64,000 nucleotides of DNA from Bacilli bacterium (lineage in GTDB: Bacteria; Bacillota_I; Bacilli_A; RFN20; CAG-288): assembly GCA_022647725.1 (NCBI GenBank), contig JALCLG010000001.1, positions 1,069,535 to 1,133,534 of the forward strand, given 5' to 3'. This document shows positions 63,052-64,000 of this stretch, in pieces; the first letter of the stretch is position 1, and each line of letters starts with the position of its first letter. The notes beneath the pieces were generated by a model that was not told the origin of the DNA, did not search any database, and was given only the letters and a program-made list of their open reading frames with translations. The position numbers and the translations under genes were made by a program.

Positions 63052-64000
63052 TTAGTTCTCCTCCTTTTTGGCAAGAGCAACCGTCAGGGCATAGAGGACG
63101 ATAGAGGCAGCGGAGAGAACAGAGAAGATGACGATGGCAGCTTTCAGTCCGGCTTCCCAGCTCGGAGTGACACGCGTCGTGGTGACGTTCATGATGGCAG
63201 AATTGGAGAAGGCATAGAGCTGATACTTGAGATCCTGACGGGCCTGATTGACTAAGGTCGCATCATTCTTGACGGCAGCAACGGAGATGTAAGACCACGT
63301 GGCATCATTGCCAGTCTTGCCACCGCTGATGGTGGAATTCTCACCGGCGAAATCAGCCATCTGTGTGATACCCGCCATGATGCAGGACTCCGGATTGAAG
63401 TAATAACTGTTAGACATCATATCCGTGGAAGAAAGGCCAGTGAAGCCCCATTCATCACGGATCAGCTTCATCTGTAAGCCCGTATCTGCGGAAGCGTTGG
63501 TGGCACCAATACGGTTGAAGGCAACCATCAGGCCTAAGGCACCCTGATCTTCAATGGCACCCTGGAAGCCACGGATATCGGTCTCACGGAACTTCTGCTC
63601 ATTGAGATAGACAGAGATACCCGAACGGTTATGTTCCTGATCGTTGAAGCCGATGTGCTTCGGACCAACGATGATACCGAACTTCTTGCTGCCTTCGATG
63701 ATGCCTGCGCCGAGGATGTTGGAAAGCATCGGATCTTCGCTCGGATATTCGGTGTTACGGCCGTTGTAGGGATCACGATGATAGTTGACGGCAGCACCCC
63801 AGATCTGGTAATTGCCGATCCAAAGACCGGTATTGCCTAAGATCTCGCCCCAATCTTCAGCCAGCTTCGGCGAGAAGCAAGTTCCTAAGAGGGACTGCGA
63901 ATTGATGTTGGCTAAGAATTTGCCTTCGGTCGTATCCTTGTCGACATAGTAAGGATCGGTTCCCTGGGTTCCGTTGTTGGTGGAAAGCGACTTGCTGTTG
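63052..64000 (-). CDS. Glycoside hydrolase family 3 protein, C-terminal part (the 5' end lies outside the window), with a C-terminal TM segment
   Basis: The frame is open to the window edge. The translation ...AAVNYHRDPYNGRNTEYPSEDPMLSNILGAG...KHIGFNDQE...GALGLMVAFNRIG contains the GH3 GRN(F/T)EY..EDP signature. The track ORF begins at internal Met 63729. Confidence 0.75.
   Translation of the reverse strand, partial: NSKSLSTNNGTQGTDPYYVDKDTTEGKFLANINSQSLLGTCFSPKLAEDWGEILGNTGLWIGNYQIWGAAVNYHRDPYNGRNTEYPSEDPMLSNILGAGIIEGSKKFGIIVGPKHIGFNDQEHNRSGISVYLNEQKFRETDIRGFQGAIEDQGALGLMVAFNRIGATNASADTGLQMKLIRDEWGFTGLSSTDMMSNSYYFNPESCIMAGITQMADFAGENSTISGGKTGNDATWSYISVAAVKNDATLVNQARQDLKYQLYAFSNSAIMNVTTTRVTPSWEAGLKAAIVIFSVLSAASIVLYALTVALAKKEEN

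Noticed and set aside
1-64000. CRISPR arrays, rRNA genes, IS elements or transposases, and integrase genes
   Set aside because: I found no regularly spaced repeat-spacer arrays, no rRNA-like conserved blocks, and no DDE or serine/tyrosine-recombinase ORFs apart from the Xer-like fusion at 19585..21249. Only the single tRNA-Ser was detected.

Overview
This 64-kb window is a Firmicutes-type chromosome segment, about 50% GC, with lipoproteins carrying S/T-rich linkers after the lipobox, as seen in Erysipelotrichaceae-like genomes. Housekeeping blocks alternate with accessory regions.

Housekeeping blocks:
- 1-5.2 kb: the tail of a sugar ABC transporter (permease and substrate-binding lipoprotein), a secreted thermonuclease-family lipoprotein, and a frameshifted Big_2 lipoprotein.
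- 10.7-24.2 kb: rbgA-rnhB, dprA-topA, pncB-nadD-nadE, a XerC/D recombinase fused in frame to a HAD-like hydrolase, a flavodiiron protein, cdaA and deoD.
- 31.8-33.3 kb: guaA.
- 47.4-51 kb: rhaB-rhaA-rhaD, with a GPH-family MFS transporter, a GH78 alpha-L-rhamnosidase and a partial GH3 glycosidase at 57.9-64 kb.

Accessory regions:
1. A tRNA-Ser(GCU) is followed by a degenerate direct repeat of its 3' end plus terminator, which looks like an att-like scar. Two regulators (CarD-like and XRE) and two tandem BspA-type leucine-rich-repeat surface proteins follow. The second LRR gene has its ATG and signal-peptide codons out of frame with the body of the gene, and the shift lies at a roughly 7-nt poly-G/C tract, which suggests slipped-strand phase variation.
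2. An AT-rich defence islet sits between guaA and an aldo/keto reductase. It holds a Fic/Doc-like protein with a degenerate active-site motif, a decayed abiEi/abiEii pair, and an intact AbiEi/AbiEii pair.
3. A compact cluster at 40.5-47.1 kb, with no characterised counterpart that I recognise, is organised around a divergent promoter. One arm encodes a DltA-like AMP-ligase, a small carrier protein and an acyl-ACP thioesterase. The other arm encodes two FAD oxidoreductases (amine-oxidase-like and CrtI-like) and an FNR-like reductase with a 2Fe-2S domain. It may be a carrier-protein-dependent lipid or fatty-acid modification pathway.
4. An operon of membrane protein, double-ATPase CoA-enzyme-activase-like protein and DUF2229 protein sits at 25.3-30.8 kb.
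5. An AlbA_2/Schlafen-like ATPase gene is bracketed by about 65-bp direct repeats. The downstream repeat carries a remnant of a homologous gene 3' end, which suggests cassette replacement.
6. An MBOAT O-acyltransferase and a small membrane protein are flanked by two DltD/AlgJ-like extracytoplasmic proteins, and each of these is fused to BspA-type LRR modules. I do not know this architecture from any described system.

My homopolymer counts by eye are unreliable to within one nucleotide. All frame statements are anchored to the ORF track.
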